Of a stretch of DNA of 58,447 nucleotides, positions 1 to 8,707 are shown piece after piece (the first letter of the stretch is position 1; the number at the start of each line of letters is the position of its first letter). This DNA comes from a virus (Duplodnaviria > Caudoviricetes): positions 1 to 58,447 of the IMG/VR virus record IMGVR_UViG_3300042934_000463, one strand, 5' to 3'. Made by a program: the position numbers and the translations under genes. The notes beneath the pieces were generated by a model. That model saw only the letters and a list, made by a program, of their open reading frames with translations, ran no database searches and was not told the DNA's origin.

Positions 1-127
1 TTATCTTCTCTAATTGCAGCTAAAAATGTCATTTTTTTATACCTCCTTAATATCCTATTGCAAGCCAATTAACTGTGATAGGGTTATTATTATCAGTTCT
101 TCTAGCGTAAAGATCAAAATTAGATAT
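1..127. repeat. Terminal overlap, identical to 58321..58447 (circular contig)
   Basis: Exact 127-nt identity of the two ends; 127 is a common assembler k-mer; the tail fibre stop and the downstream gene run continuously across the junction. Confidence 0.95.
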
Positions 128-3100
128 CGTGCTCCCAGACACTGTAGCATCCACCATAAGAGGGAGATAAGTTCTTGGAGTGCATACTATTGATTGGCAA
201 TACGTAGGGAATGTTATAGGGAAATTAACTGTTGTAGAAACTGCCCCACCAACTGTAGTTGGAGTTAAACTTGTAGAACCCCATTGTATTATTAGACCAT
301 TTGGCAACTTTTGGTACCCATTAGATGATTTGTTTGCCACAAAATCATCTGTGAGATTTATTATTGTTCTCCAAGGTGTCCAAATATTAGCGTGCTTTGT
401 TCTAGTATACACTCTACCACTATCAGTTAGAGTAATTCTTTGCATTGTGCTTTCGGCAGCTCCAGCTATCACTCTTCTTTGAACCTCTAGTATGCCATAC
501 ATAGTAACTGCGGGAGCATTAGTGAAAGATGCTCCGGATAATCCATAAACACCAGTACTAGCAAAGTTATTTAGGTCTGTCGCTCCGGGTATTGAATATA
601 GGGGTAACCCATCTTTGTCTGTTAGGGAATAACTCTGAAAATTACTATTGGTATCAATAGATTCTACCCAACTGGACCAAGTAACTGTACCAGAATGATA
701 ACTTCTTATATACTTACACCCACCATTGGAACCTATATAGTCTTGGTCATAGGTAAACTCTTGTATGATTCTACCTGTATTTAGCTTTTTGACCTCTAAT
801 ATACCTCTAGCTGAAGTTCCCTGTCTTGGGTTATTATCACAAGTTCCATCTATAGTGTATACTCCAGGAGCTAACATGGTATTAAAGTTAGAGGTTCCTA
901 AATATGATTTACCCGTACCATCTGAGTTAGTTATTTGGTAACGTTGTAGATTTCCCCAGCTAGACCAGGTAGATCCTGATTTTGCTCTATTAAGGATATC
1001 TCCACCATCAAAGTATATAGTCTGTGCTAATCCTGTACTTGTTCCATATACAACTTCTAAGGTACCATATATAGCAGAAGTAGGACCATTGGTATAACTA
1101 GTACCCTGTAACCTGTAAAAACCTGGACTTACTATAGCATTTAAATCAGTGGTTAATGGGTCCTTAGCTGCTCCATTAGACTGGGTTAATGCATAAGCTT
1201 GATTTGACAAGCTAGCATCTAATGTTACTGTAGTGGTAATTCCAGTCTCAGAGGTAATTATGGATATTTCCCAACCAAGGTCCCATCCGGTTTGGTTAGA
1301 AAAAGCTGCTAATACTTCGGATATTAATAGCTTAGGGTAATTCCAAGTTGTGGATAGAGTACCCAATAAAATACAACAGTTAGTGCCATCATGAGCAAAA
1401 CGTACTTGAGTAAAGGGAGCTTCTTTATTTAGTACCGCAGAGCAACCTTGCCAAGTAGGTGAGGCAGTATTATAATTGTAACCCCCAGTTCTCAATTCCC
1501 AAGCTCCCCAGCCAATACCACTATGGGTGTGACCTTTAATTACCAGGTCAAGCATTGTATTAGACCAGGATTTGGGAAGTTTAATTTTTAGAGTTCCCGT
1601 AATAGCTGAGGTATTATTATTATAGTTTGCTACATCTCTATAATGTACACCAGCACTGTTACCACCAGCTATGAGTGGTAAGTCTGTAGTCTTAGGAAAG
1701 TATAGAGCATCTGTATAGCTCTTAGCCATTATAGTATCCCAAGATCCCCATCCTGAGGAATTTTTAACTCTAGTTGTGGGATAGCCATTTCGAGGATAAA
1801 AAATCTGTCTTATATTAGTTGATGTATCCTCGGGCATTACATGAAGGATACCATACATTCCCCCTCCAGGGCCATTTGTTGGGGTAGCTTGTAGGAAAGT
1901 GTAAAACCCAGCACTAGTATAGGTATTCAAGTCCTTTGAGGTAGCTGATAAGCCAGTTCCATTGGTATTAACTAAATGATACATTTCTCCACCAGCTATT
2001 CTCCAAGCAGTCCATTCCCCTGTTAGACCCCTGGACCTTATAGCCGTTCTTGCTACTCCACTTGCATCGTCAAAAGAAGTTGCTATTTGAACACAACTAT
2101 TAACTGCACTACCCATAACTACCATGTAGGAGTTACCAAAAGCCTCATCGGGTAAATTACCACAAGTTGGAGTTACTTGATATATTCCAGTACTTATTAC
2201 AGTGTTTAGATCAGTGGAGTTAAGAACATTAGCTGCTCCCATATCACCTATATCACTTTGACTTAAAGACCTTTTCCAACTATTCCAAACTCCATTAACT
2301 AAGGTTCTAGTGTACATAATCCCCGTAACATATTCAGTAGCTATTTGAGTACAGTATTGTGTTGCGTCATGTTGTATGACCATTACATACCACCACACAC
2401 CAGTACTATATCCAGGCTTAGCCTCTGGAGAATTTGCAAGTGCTTGACCTCTATAAAAACCAGTAGTCTTGTAGTTATTCCAATCAGTTACAGCTTGTTT
2501 TGCTGTGCCTCCAAGTCCATAGTTACCAGGTGCGTAGATATTGTCTGCATAGTTCTTATTCAATACTCTTTCCCAAGGTGTCCAAACAGGAGATCCTGGA
2601 ACTGTGGTTGTTAGCTTTCTAACCCACATCAAGTTTCCAGTTGTGTTTGTCATATCAAAAGCCAACTGGGTCACATACTTAGAATCTCCTGATATTACTG
2701 TTAGTATACTACACCAGCCTGTTCCAATTTCTGTAGGCCCATTAATAGGACTATTCACATCGAACCAACCATTGGTGTAGACTAAGGTATTTAAGTCGTA
2801 ACCTGTAGCTAGTCTCTTACCTTGAGCTCCCAATCCATATCCTGTAGGGGCTTTCCCATCAAGAGCAGTTTGTAACCCATCCACATTATCAATAATATGG
2901 TTATGGGAATCATCTACTACATCTACGTTTATTGTAGCTGTACCCTCTGACCCATTCACACTTACGCTTCCAAGAGCATCTCCAGCTAATTGTATTTTTG
3001 TAGGGGTTTTCCACCTAGTTGCTGTATCAGCATTTCCCCCTAGATCAGCTATGATAGTTGGCCCCAGCTTTGTAGTTATCTCATGTCCAACTATTTTATT

Positions 3101-4696
3101 TGCATCTATAGTGGTTCCATCATCAAAGGTTGTAACTCCTGAAAGAGTTTCTGCCACATATATACTATTTAGGTTTATTATCTGTATATGGGGATTAATT
3201 ATGGTAGCAGATGTAGCTGAACCATTATCATCATACATTTCTATATAACCATCTCCATAAGAGTTAATTACTGCCCTTATTTTAAAATTACTATAGGAGG
3301 TATTAGCTAATTGAATGATATTTGCCTTTTGTGAGTGAGAGGTGGTTATTAAAAAAGTAGCACTATATACTACACTACCCCTGGTACCTGAAACATGCAA
3401 TATAAATGAATGTCCCAATATATTATTTGGGGATACCATACTTACTATTCTAGACCAAGTAGCACCTCTAACATCTCCAACAAAGCTAATAGATTTAGCA
3501 TGATTATTATGGGGTGAGCCTGCATCTATATGAGCTTTTGCCTCAGTAAGAGTTGTTGGGGGATTATTATACCAGTTAGCTCCACCTACAATTTTTTTTA
3601 GCATATTCCCTAATTGGCCAAATAAAGCCGTTATACTATCAGCAGCCCCTGAAGTCTGGGGAGTAGCATCGTTTATAGTTCTAACCCCTATCATTCCATC
3701 ACTAACTGCAGCACCCCCTATGGATAGAGTATCTCCTGACTTAACTAATCCTCCTCCAGCAGTTATTTGACCTGCTCCTGAGGTTTGAATCCAGGCTAGG
3801 GATGTAGTTCCTAGGGTTATAGTTCCATCAGTAGTCATTAAAAAGGTATCATCTGCAAAATTTGTACCTTCTCTTACTGCTACCTCAGCAGATAGAATCT
3901 TTTCAGCAGTATCACAATCTGTAGATCTTGTCCATGCTCCTGAAGCAACTACGTAAATACCATTTTGAGATCCTGTAGTTTGATTCTTTACTAATACTCT
4001 ATCACCAATAGCTAAGGCTACACCATCTATGGTTTGGGTCCCACTTAAAGTTATATTTGCAGTAGTAGCAGCTCTAACTGAATCTTTTCTATTAATTTTT
4101 TGTATAGCTAGGTCTATATAGGTCTTAATAGCTGCTATAAGGGCTTCCAACTGAGTTACTGAACCAAAACCTGTATTGGAAGGAACTCCTATCTTACTAG
4201 CTCCTGAAGACCCTGAGGTAGTAGCTTGTAAAGAAGCACCTGTAAAGTATCTATTATCATGGTCAGTGCTACCCGCAGCAATATGTGCTGATATAACATT
4301 GGAATCAGCAACCTTTAACCATGCTCCCCAAGTTGAGGCTGTATATCTAGAATACCACATAGTTTGTGTGTCAATTTGAATGAATAGTAAACTGATTATA
4401 GTAGCTTGATTTGATGAGTCTTTAGCAGCAGTTGCCATAATTATGGCATTACCTGTTGCAGGGGCATTAGCTAAATTTTTACCATAATAAAATCCACTTT
4501 TTGTGATTGATCTGCAATCGGTAATTAAAGTAGCATCTGTTCCTAAACCAAAACCTACTGGAGCTTTACTATCTTGTAACCCTTTTAGAGCAGTGTCTAT
4601 TTTTGAATTATCCAGGTTAAAATCACTCATTTTAGGTTTATCAGTTAATAGGTATTGATTAAGATTGTAGTTGGGTGTTTTATTAGTACTAGGCAT
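47..4696 (-). CDS. Long tail fibre / receptor-binding protein with about 8 pyocin-knob-like repeats and a gp53-like C-terminal domain
   Basis: Follows baseplate genes; N-term MPSTNKTPNYNL typical of tail fibre attachment; repeated DLN..xxGxY..N.P...G.L.V...Q...R..W..W units; C-term NGYQKLPNGLIIQWG...FPITFP...WLAIGY. Confidence 0.9.
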   Translation of the reverse strand: MPSTNKTPNYNLNQYLLTDKPKMSDFNLDNSKIDTALKGLQDSKAPVGFGLGTDATLITDCRSITKSGFYYGKNLANAPATGNAIIMATAAKDSSNQATIISLLFIQIDTQTMWYSRYTASTWGAWLKVADSNVISAHIAAGSTDHDNRYFTGASLQATTSGSSGASKIGVPSNTGFGSVTQLEALIAAIKTYIDLAIQKINRKDSVRAATTANITLSGTQTIDGVALAIGDRVLVKNQTTGSQNGIYVVASGAWTRSTDCDTAEKILSAEVAVREGTNFADDTFLMTTDGTITLGTTSLAWIQTSGAGQITAGGGLVKSGDTLSIGGAAVSDGMIGVRTINDATPQTSGAADSITALFGQLGNMLKKIVGGANWYNNPPTTLTEAKAHIDAGSPHNNHAKSISFVGDVRGATWSRIVSMVSPNNILGHSFILHVSGTRGSVVYSATFLITTSHSQKANIIQLANTSYSNFKIRAVINSYGDGYIEMYDDNGSATSATIINPHIQIINLNSIYVAETLSGVTTFDDGTTIDANKIVGHEITTKLGPTIIADLGGNADTATRWKTPTKIQLAGDALGSVSVNGSEGTATINVDVVDDSHNHIIDNVDGLQTALDGKAPTGYGLGAQGKRLATGYDLNTLVYTNGWFDVNSPINGPTEIGTGWCSILTVISGDSKYVTQLAFDMTNTTGNLMWVRKLTTTVPGSPVWTPWERVLNKNYADNIYAPGNYGLGGTAKQAVTDWNNYKTTGFYRGQALANSPEAKPGYSTGVWWYVMVIQHDATQYCTQIATEYVTGIMYTRTLVNGVWNSWKRSLSQSDIGDMGAANVLNSTDLNTVISTGIYQVTPTCGNLPDEAFGNSYMVVMGSAVNSCVQIATSFDDASGVARTAIRSRGLTGEWTAWRIAGGEMYHLVNTNGTGLSATSKDLNTYTSAGFYTFLQATPTNGPGGGMYGILHVMPEDTSTNIRQIFYPRNGYPTTRVKNSSGWGSWDTIMAKSYTDALYFPKTTDLPLIAGGNSAGVHYRDVANYNNNTSAITGTLKIKLPKSWSNTMLDLVIKGHTHSGIGWGAWELRTGGYNYNTASPTWQGCSAVLNKEAPFTQVRFAHDGTNCCILLGTLSTTWNYPKLLISEVLAAFSNQTGWDLGWEISIITSETGITTTVTLDASLSNQAYALTQSNGAAKDPLTTDLNAIVSPGFYRLQGTSYTNGPTSAIYGTLEVVYGTSTGLAQTIYFDGGDILNRAKSGSTWSSWGNLQRYQITNSDGTGKSYLGTSNFNTMLAPGVYTIDGTCDNNPRQGTSARGILEVKKLNTGRIIQEFTYDQDYIGSNGGCKYIRSYHSGTVTWSSWVESIDTNSNFQSYSLTDKDGLPLYSIPGATDLNNFASTGVYGLSGASFTNAPAVTMYGILEVQRRVIAGAAESTMQRITLTDSGRVYTRTKHANIWTPWRTIINLTDDFVANKSSNGYQKLPNGLIIQWGSTSLTPTTVGGAVSTTVNFPITFPTYCQSIVCTPRTYLPLMVDATVSGSTISNFDLYARRTDNNNPITVNWLAIGY

Positions 4697-4706
4697 TTTA
4701 TTCCTC

Positions 4707-5273
4707 CTATCCGCCTAAAGCATATTCTTCCCATTCTTTCCAATTTAATTCCTTACTATCCCATGTAGCCCATGTATAGTCATAGCTATCAAATATCTCC
4801 CAAGTAATATAAAGAAATATAATTTCATAAATTAAATGGGCGGGTATTCTTTGTTCTATTACCTTTTGGAGAGCTGTTATATTAGGGGGTACCCCTGGTA
4901 AATCTGTAAAGAAAATCATCAATTTACTTTCTAAATACTTAAACTCAGTTCTAACAGATCCTCCCGTATAGGCTCTGGATAAATTGTTAAGTGAGGTGGC
5001 ATTAAATTTTTTCCATGAGGTTAGTACTACTTTGGCAATTCTTGATTTTTCTAATTCTGTAGGTTCATAATTAAAGAGTTTATACAGTTGGAATAATTTA
5101 AAATATTCTTCTCCACCACCATCTAAATAATATCTAATCTCATCTTTTATTAGTTGTTCTAATTCTGAGGTTTTATGTGCTAGGGATTTTATTAATTCAT
5201 GAGACTCTAAAAACTCAGTATATAAAGGGGGCACATAAGTTTTTAGCTGCTCTAAAACTTTATCATAGGACAT
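4707..5273 (-). CDS. Baseplate wedge protein (XkdU/DUF2313-like)
   Basis: Position after baseplate J; IEQRIPAHL motif. Confidence 0.8.
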   Translation of the reverse strand: MSYDKVLEQLKTYVPPLYTEFLESHELIKSLAHKTSELEQLIKDEIRYYLDGGGEEYFKLFQLYKLFNYEPTELEKSRIAKVVLTSWKKFNATSLNNLSRAYTGGSVRTEFKYLESKLMIFFTDLPGVPPNITALQKVIEQRIPAHLIYEIIFLYITWEIFDSYDYTWATWDSKELNWKEWEEYALGG

Positions 5274-6327
5274 TTATGGTTACTCCAGCTAATTGAGGTA
5301 CAGTTGCATAAGGTATACTTAAATTAGCTTCTAACCCATTAAGAGTTAGTTCATCATAATCTTGTACTTCTGGTATGGTTAGTAATAAAGCCCCCATCTT
5401 ATTTAAGGATAACACAGTAAGGGAGAATAAACCATTAGTTGCAAAGTATTGGTTTATTAGTTCTGTATATTTTACTCTTACAGTTTCAGTAGTAGCTCCA
5501 AAGGTTAATTGAGCCTTAACGGAGAAGGTAACATTTATGGCATTAGCAGCTACTGCGGTAAACTTACAACCAATAGGAGCTACTCCCTCTCCTAATCCAG
5601 CAGATCCAGGATCTATATATTCTTGAACCTGGTTCACCAAAGCAGTATTTGCAGGATTAAATTGTGTATTTACTAAATAAGCTTTTACAGTATTTATTCC
5701 ATCCCAAACAGGTTGAACTAAAGCATCTCCTACACCAGATACTTCCATACACCATTTCCTTATTTGATTTTGATTAGCATTTCTCTCAGGGGTGGTTATG
5801 AAGTTTATTAGTCTTTCTCTTAACTCATCATCTGTCTCTGGTTCATCTCCCAAAACCAATACTGCTCCCATAGTAGCAGACTCTAACCCTATGATTACTG
5901 AAGTTGGTATTAGAGTGGTTCCGGTAATTACCTCATTAGGTTTTATACCAATGCTTTCACATTGTATTAAGTTAGTACTTATTAGAGTCCAAAAGAAATT
6001 ACCTGCCTGGAATTGTGTTCCTATGGAAGGAGTAATTCCAGTAAAGGTTGCAACTCTTTGGGATTGAGTACCAGTTAATCTATACAACCCATAGTCATTA
6101 GCTCTACTATCTAGGTCTTCACCAGTACAACTACCAATGAAGGTTTGAGATTTGGTTTCGGGTATTAGCCCAACTTCTAATTCTGCCTGTTTAAGAGCAT
6201 ACAAAAAAGCAAGATCATATAAAATACTTCCGGGCCTTTTGTCAATAGTAGCATCTGCAAGAGATAACATCTCATTAAGTAGCTCTTCCTGCCTTTGCTC
6301 TAATTCAGCTTGATTATCAGTTGCCAT
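5263..6327 (-). CDS. Baseplate J-like protein (XkdT-like)
   Basis: DKRPGSILYD, GEDLD..A, ETDDELRER, PVWDG.NTVK and GEGVAPIG motifs. Confidence 0.92.
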   Translation of the reverse strand: MATDNQAELEQRQEELLNEMLSLADATIDKRPGSILYDLAFLYALKQAELEVGLIPETKSQTFIGSCTGEDLDSRANDYGLYRLTGTQSQRVATFTGITPSIGTQFQAGNFFWTLISTNLIQCESIGIKPNEVITGTTLIPTSVIIGLESATMGAVLVLGDEPETDDELRERLINFITTPERNANQNQIRKWCMEVSGVGDALVQPVWDGINTVKAYLVNTQFNPANTALVNQVQEYIDPGSAGLGEGVAPIGCKFTAVAANAINVTFSVKAQLTFGATTETVRVKYTELINQYFATNGLFSLTVLSLNKMGALLLTIPEVQDYDELTLNGLEANLSIPYATVPQLAGVTINVL

Positions 6328-6755
6328 TATACACTCACCTCCGTTTCAAGTTGCCCATATATGGTGTTAAGCACAATTTTTATTTCTATAGAGCCATTAT
6401 AGTTATAATTAATATAATCAATGCTAACTATTTCCTTTACTCTTGATTCTTGTGCTATAGTCTCCTTTATCATTCTATCTAGTTCTATCTGGATTAATTC
6501 ATTAGTATAGCCTTTTGATAATAGAGTTTCACCTTCAAAGCCATAACCTTGATTAACTATATCTGGGCTTTCTAAATATATTTTGAAAGTATCTTTTTTT
6601 GTTGATAGTTTTTTTATAACTGATTGAATTACTGAATCTTGCCCATTTACAAAACCTATAATTCTATTATTCTCAAAATCCATTTTATAGGTTCTATCTA
6701 CTTGATCTAATTGAGTAGTAACTTGTATATCATCATTAAAGGTTATTGGTAACAC
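6327..6755 (-). CDS. Baseplate / sheath-initiator protein (XkdS/DUF2634, gp25-like)
   Basis: TYKMDFENNRI, YGFE, ELDRMIKE and NTIYG motifs; synteny. Confidence 0.8.
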   Translation of the reverse strand: MLPITFNDDIQVTTQLDQVDRTYKMDFENNRIIGFVNGQDSVIQSVIKKLSTKKDTFKIYLESPDIVNQGYGFEGETLLSKGYTNELIQIELDRMIKETIAQESRVKEIVSIDYINYNYNGSIEIKIVLNTIYGQLETEVSV

Positions 6756-6997
6756 TAGATCACCTTCTTTCCTATAATTATATAGCGTTGGTTTTCATCA
6801 TAGGGTAAGCCAAACAATAAATCTCCACTTGATATACTACCGATGTGTTGGGGTATATCTATTATACCTAGAGGCAATTCAATCCTATCATTATGCTGAG
6901 GCTTAAAAGTTAGAGGGTTGGTATTTTGAACTACTAGGATATGGATATCAATTTGGGTTGGCATTCCAGCAACAATTTTTTTAATTTGGTCAACCAT
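6755..6997 (-). CDS. Putative baseplate spike protein (XkdR/DUF2577-like)
   Basis: Small ORF between hub and XkdS-like genes; V..TNPL and GD...QRYII pattern. Confidence 0.6.
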   Translation of the reverse strand: MVDQIKKIVAGMPTQIDIHILVVQNTNPLTFKPQHNDRIELPLGIIDIPQHIGSISSGDLLFGLPYDENQRYIIIGKKVI

Positions 6998-7968
6998 TAG
7001 AAACTCACCTCATTTGTCTCCATTAATGTTAGGTCCATAGAATGATACCCTTCTATAAAAGTGTGATTATCATTTTGGACATAAAAGGCCTTTGATATAT
7101 TAAGATGGGGTATTGTTACTATAATGGCTTCACCTGATATTACTGAATCAACCCCCATAACCTTTAGATTTATATTCTTACTACCATTCCTTTTGGAAGC
7201 TAATAAACTTGTAGCTCTTTGGTTAAGTTGGGCCTGATTAAGTTTTTCGTTAATACTTTCATATAGTTGGAATACCCCAAATTTACTCTGGCTATTTGGA
7301 TCTTTAGCTAGAGAGGTAATTATATTATCTCCATCTTTACACACTAACTTAACTTGATTCCTAATATCAGAAATATTAAAACCCAAGTTAAATTCCTCAA
7401 TATTTTTACTATGCTCAAATTTCCACAAGGTAGTATTGGTTCTTCTGTTAAAGAAGTCAGAAGCATTATTCTGAGCATTATACCTCATATAGAATCTTTC
7501 TCCAGTTTGTTCAAAAGTGGTTTTGATTGCTTTTTGGATCATATCATATAGAGTTGTTCCATCACATACTAATGAGCCTATTACATAGGGAGCTGATTCG
7601 GACCTTCCTACTTTTAGGCCTAAGGTTTTACATATTATATTATGAATCTCATGGGCTCTTTGATTGCTAAATACATAACTATCTTCATTATTTGCAGCAT
7701 ATATTAGAGGGTCATAGGAAACAATTTCTTGGGTATATTTTTTAATATTCTCATTTACCTCTAATACTATGCCATTAAATAATTTAGCCCCCTTGGGATT
7801 AACTAATAATATTTGTTCTCCCCCTGTAAACCTTATGCTTTGAGGCCCATAATACTCAAAGGATAAACTTCTTGGAGCATTAGTAGCACTACCCTTCCAA
7901 GATATTTTACCCACTGATTTACTTATATCATAAGCTTTGGAATTAGCTATTACAATGATAGAATACAT
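6997..7968 (-). CDS. Baseplate hub protein (XkdQ/YqbQ-like)
   Basis: ISWKGS...RSLSF, LFNG.V, SYDPL.Y and KFGVFQ motifs; synteny. Confidence 0.85.
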   Translation of the reverse strand: MYSIIVIANSKAYDISKSVGKISWKGSATNAPRSLSFEYYGPQSIRFTGGEQILLVNPKGAKLFNGIVLEVNENIKKYTQEIVSYDPLIYAANNEDSYVFSNQRAHEIHNIICKTLGLKVGRSESAPYVIGSLVCDGTTLYDMIQKAIKTTFEQTGERFYMRYNAQNNASDFFNRRTNTTLWKFEHSKNIEEFNLGFNISDIRNQVKLVCKDGDNIITSLAKDPNSQSKFGVFQLYESINEKLNQAQLNQRATSLLASKRNGSKNINLKVMGVDSVISGEAIIVTIPHLNISKAFYVQNDNHTFIEGYHSMDLTLMETNEVSF

Positions 7969-7969
7969 A

Positions 7970-8707
7970 CTAATCCCTCCTTATATATGAGCTATGAGAA
8001 TAACCATCTTGAATATTGCCAGCTGAATCCTTATATTTTATTTTATACCAGGGATTGGAATTAGTGTCAATTATCATGAATCTCTCATTATTATACATCT
8101 TACCTACTGTTGCCCCATTGGGTGAGTTTCTAACCCATAACCAGGAGCTAACATTTATTACTCTTGCATTGGGTTGCCAAGGATTAGGTGGAGGAGCTGG
8201 TGGAGCAGTTGATATGGTATTACCAGTCACTTGTAATCCTGAATAATTTAAGGTAACAGCTTGTATTTGATAATTAACTGGTACTACACTAGTAGACCTG
8301 TACTCCTTTAGAGTTAAAGTTACTATATAACTGCCAACATCTCCCCCCTTTTCCACATAGCTTAAATTTTGAATAGTTACTTCCATATTTATCCCTGTTC
8401 CTGTAACTATTAATCTACAGGAATTTCTTGACATACTAACTAGTCTATTATAAAGAGTTTCAGCTGGGGGAAAATTGTTATACTCACAACCATCATAATA
8501 AGCAAAGGGTAGTTCAACATCAAAGGAGAAGGAGGTAAGGGATTTATCAGATATAAAGGTTGCTTCCCCTAACCCCTCAATATTTACTGTGGTATTTTGT
8601 TGTTTATTGTCTACATTAAATTCGGTGGGATTAACTGGGAATCTAACACTAGTATTTCCCTGTATTAGCCAAAATTGATATTTACTAATAGTCATATAAT
8701 CCTCCAC
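7970..8707 (-). CDS. Tail tube initiator (XkdP-like) with Pro linker and C-terminal SH3b-like domain
   Basis: FPVNP, GLGE and LTLKEYR motifs; C-term V..WLWVRNSP...WYKI...GY.HSSYI resembles SH3b; true start may be a few codons downstream. Confidence 0.8.
   Translation of the reverse strand: MEDYMTISKYQFWLIQGNTSVRFPVNPTEFNVDNKQQNTTVNIEGLGEATFISDKSLTSFSFDVELPFAYYDGCEYNNFPPAETLYNRLVSMSRNSCRLIVTGTGINMEVTIQNLSYVEKGGDVGSYIVTLTLKEYRSTSVVPVNYQIQAVTLNYSGLQVTGNTISTAPPAPPPNPWQPNARVINVSSWLWVRNSPNGATVGKMYNNERFMIIDTNSNPWYKIKYKDSAGNIQDGYSHSSYIRRD

Noticed and set aside
47-4696. Diversity-generating retroelement target in the tail fibre
   Set aside because: No reverse transcriptase and no near-identical TR/VR nucleotide pair seen; repeats are evident only at protein level
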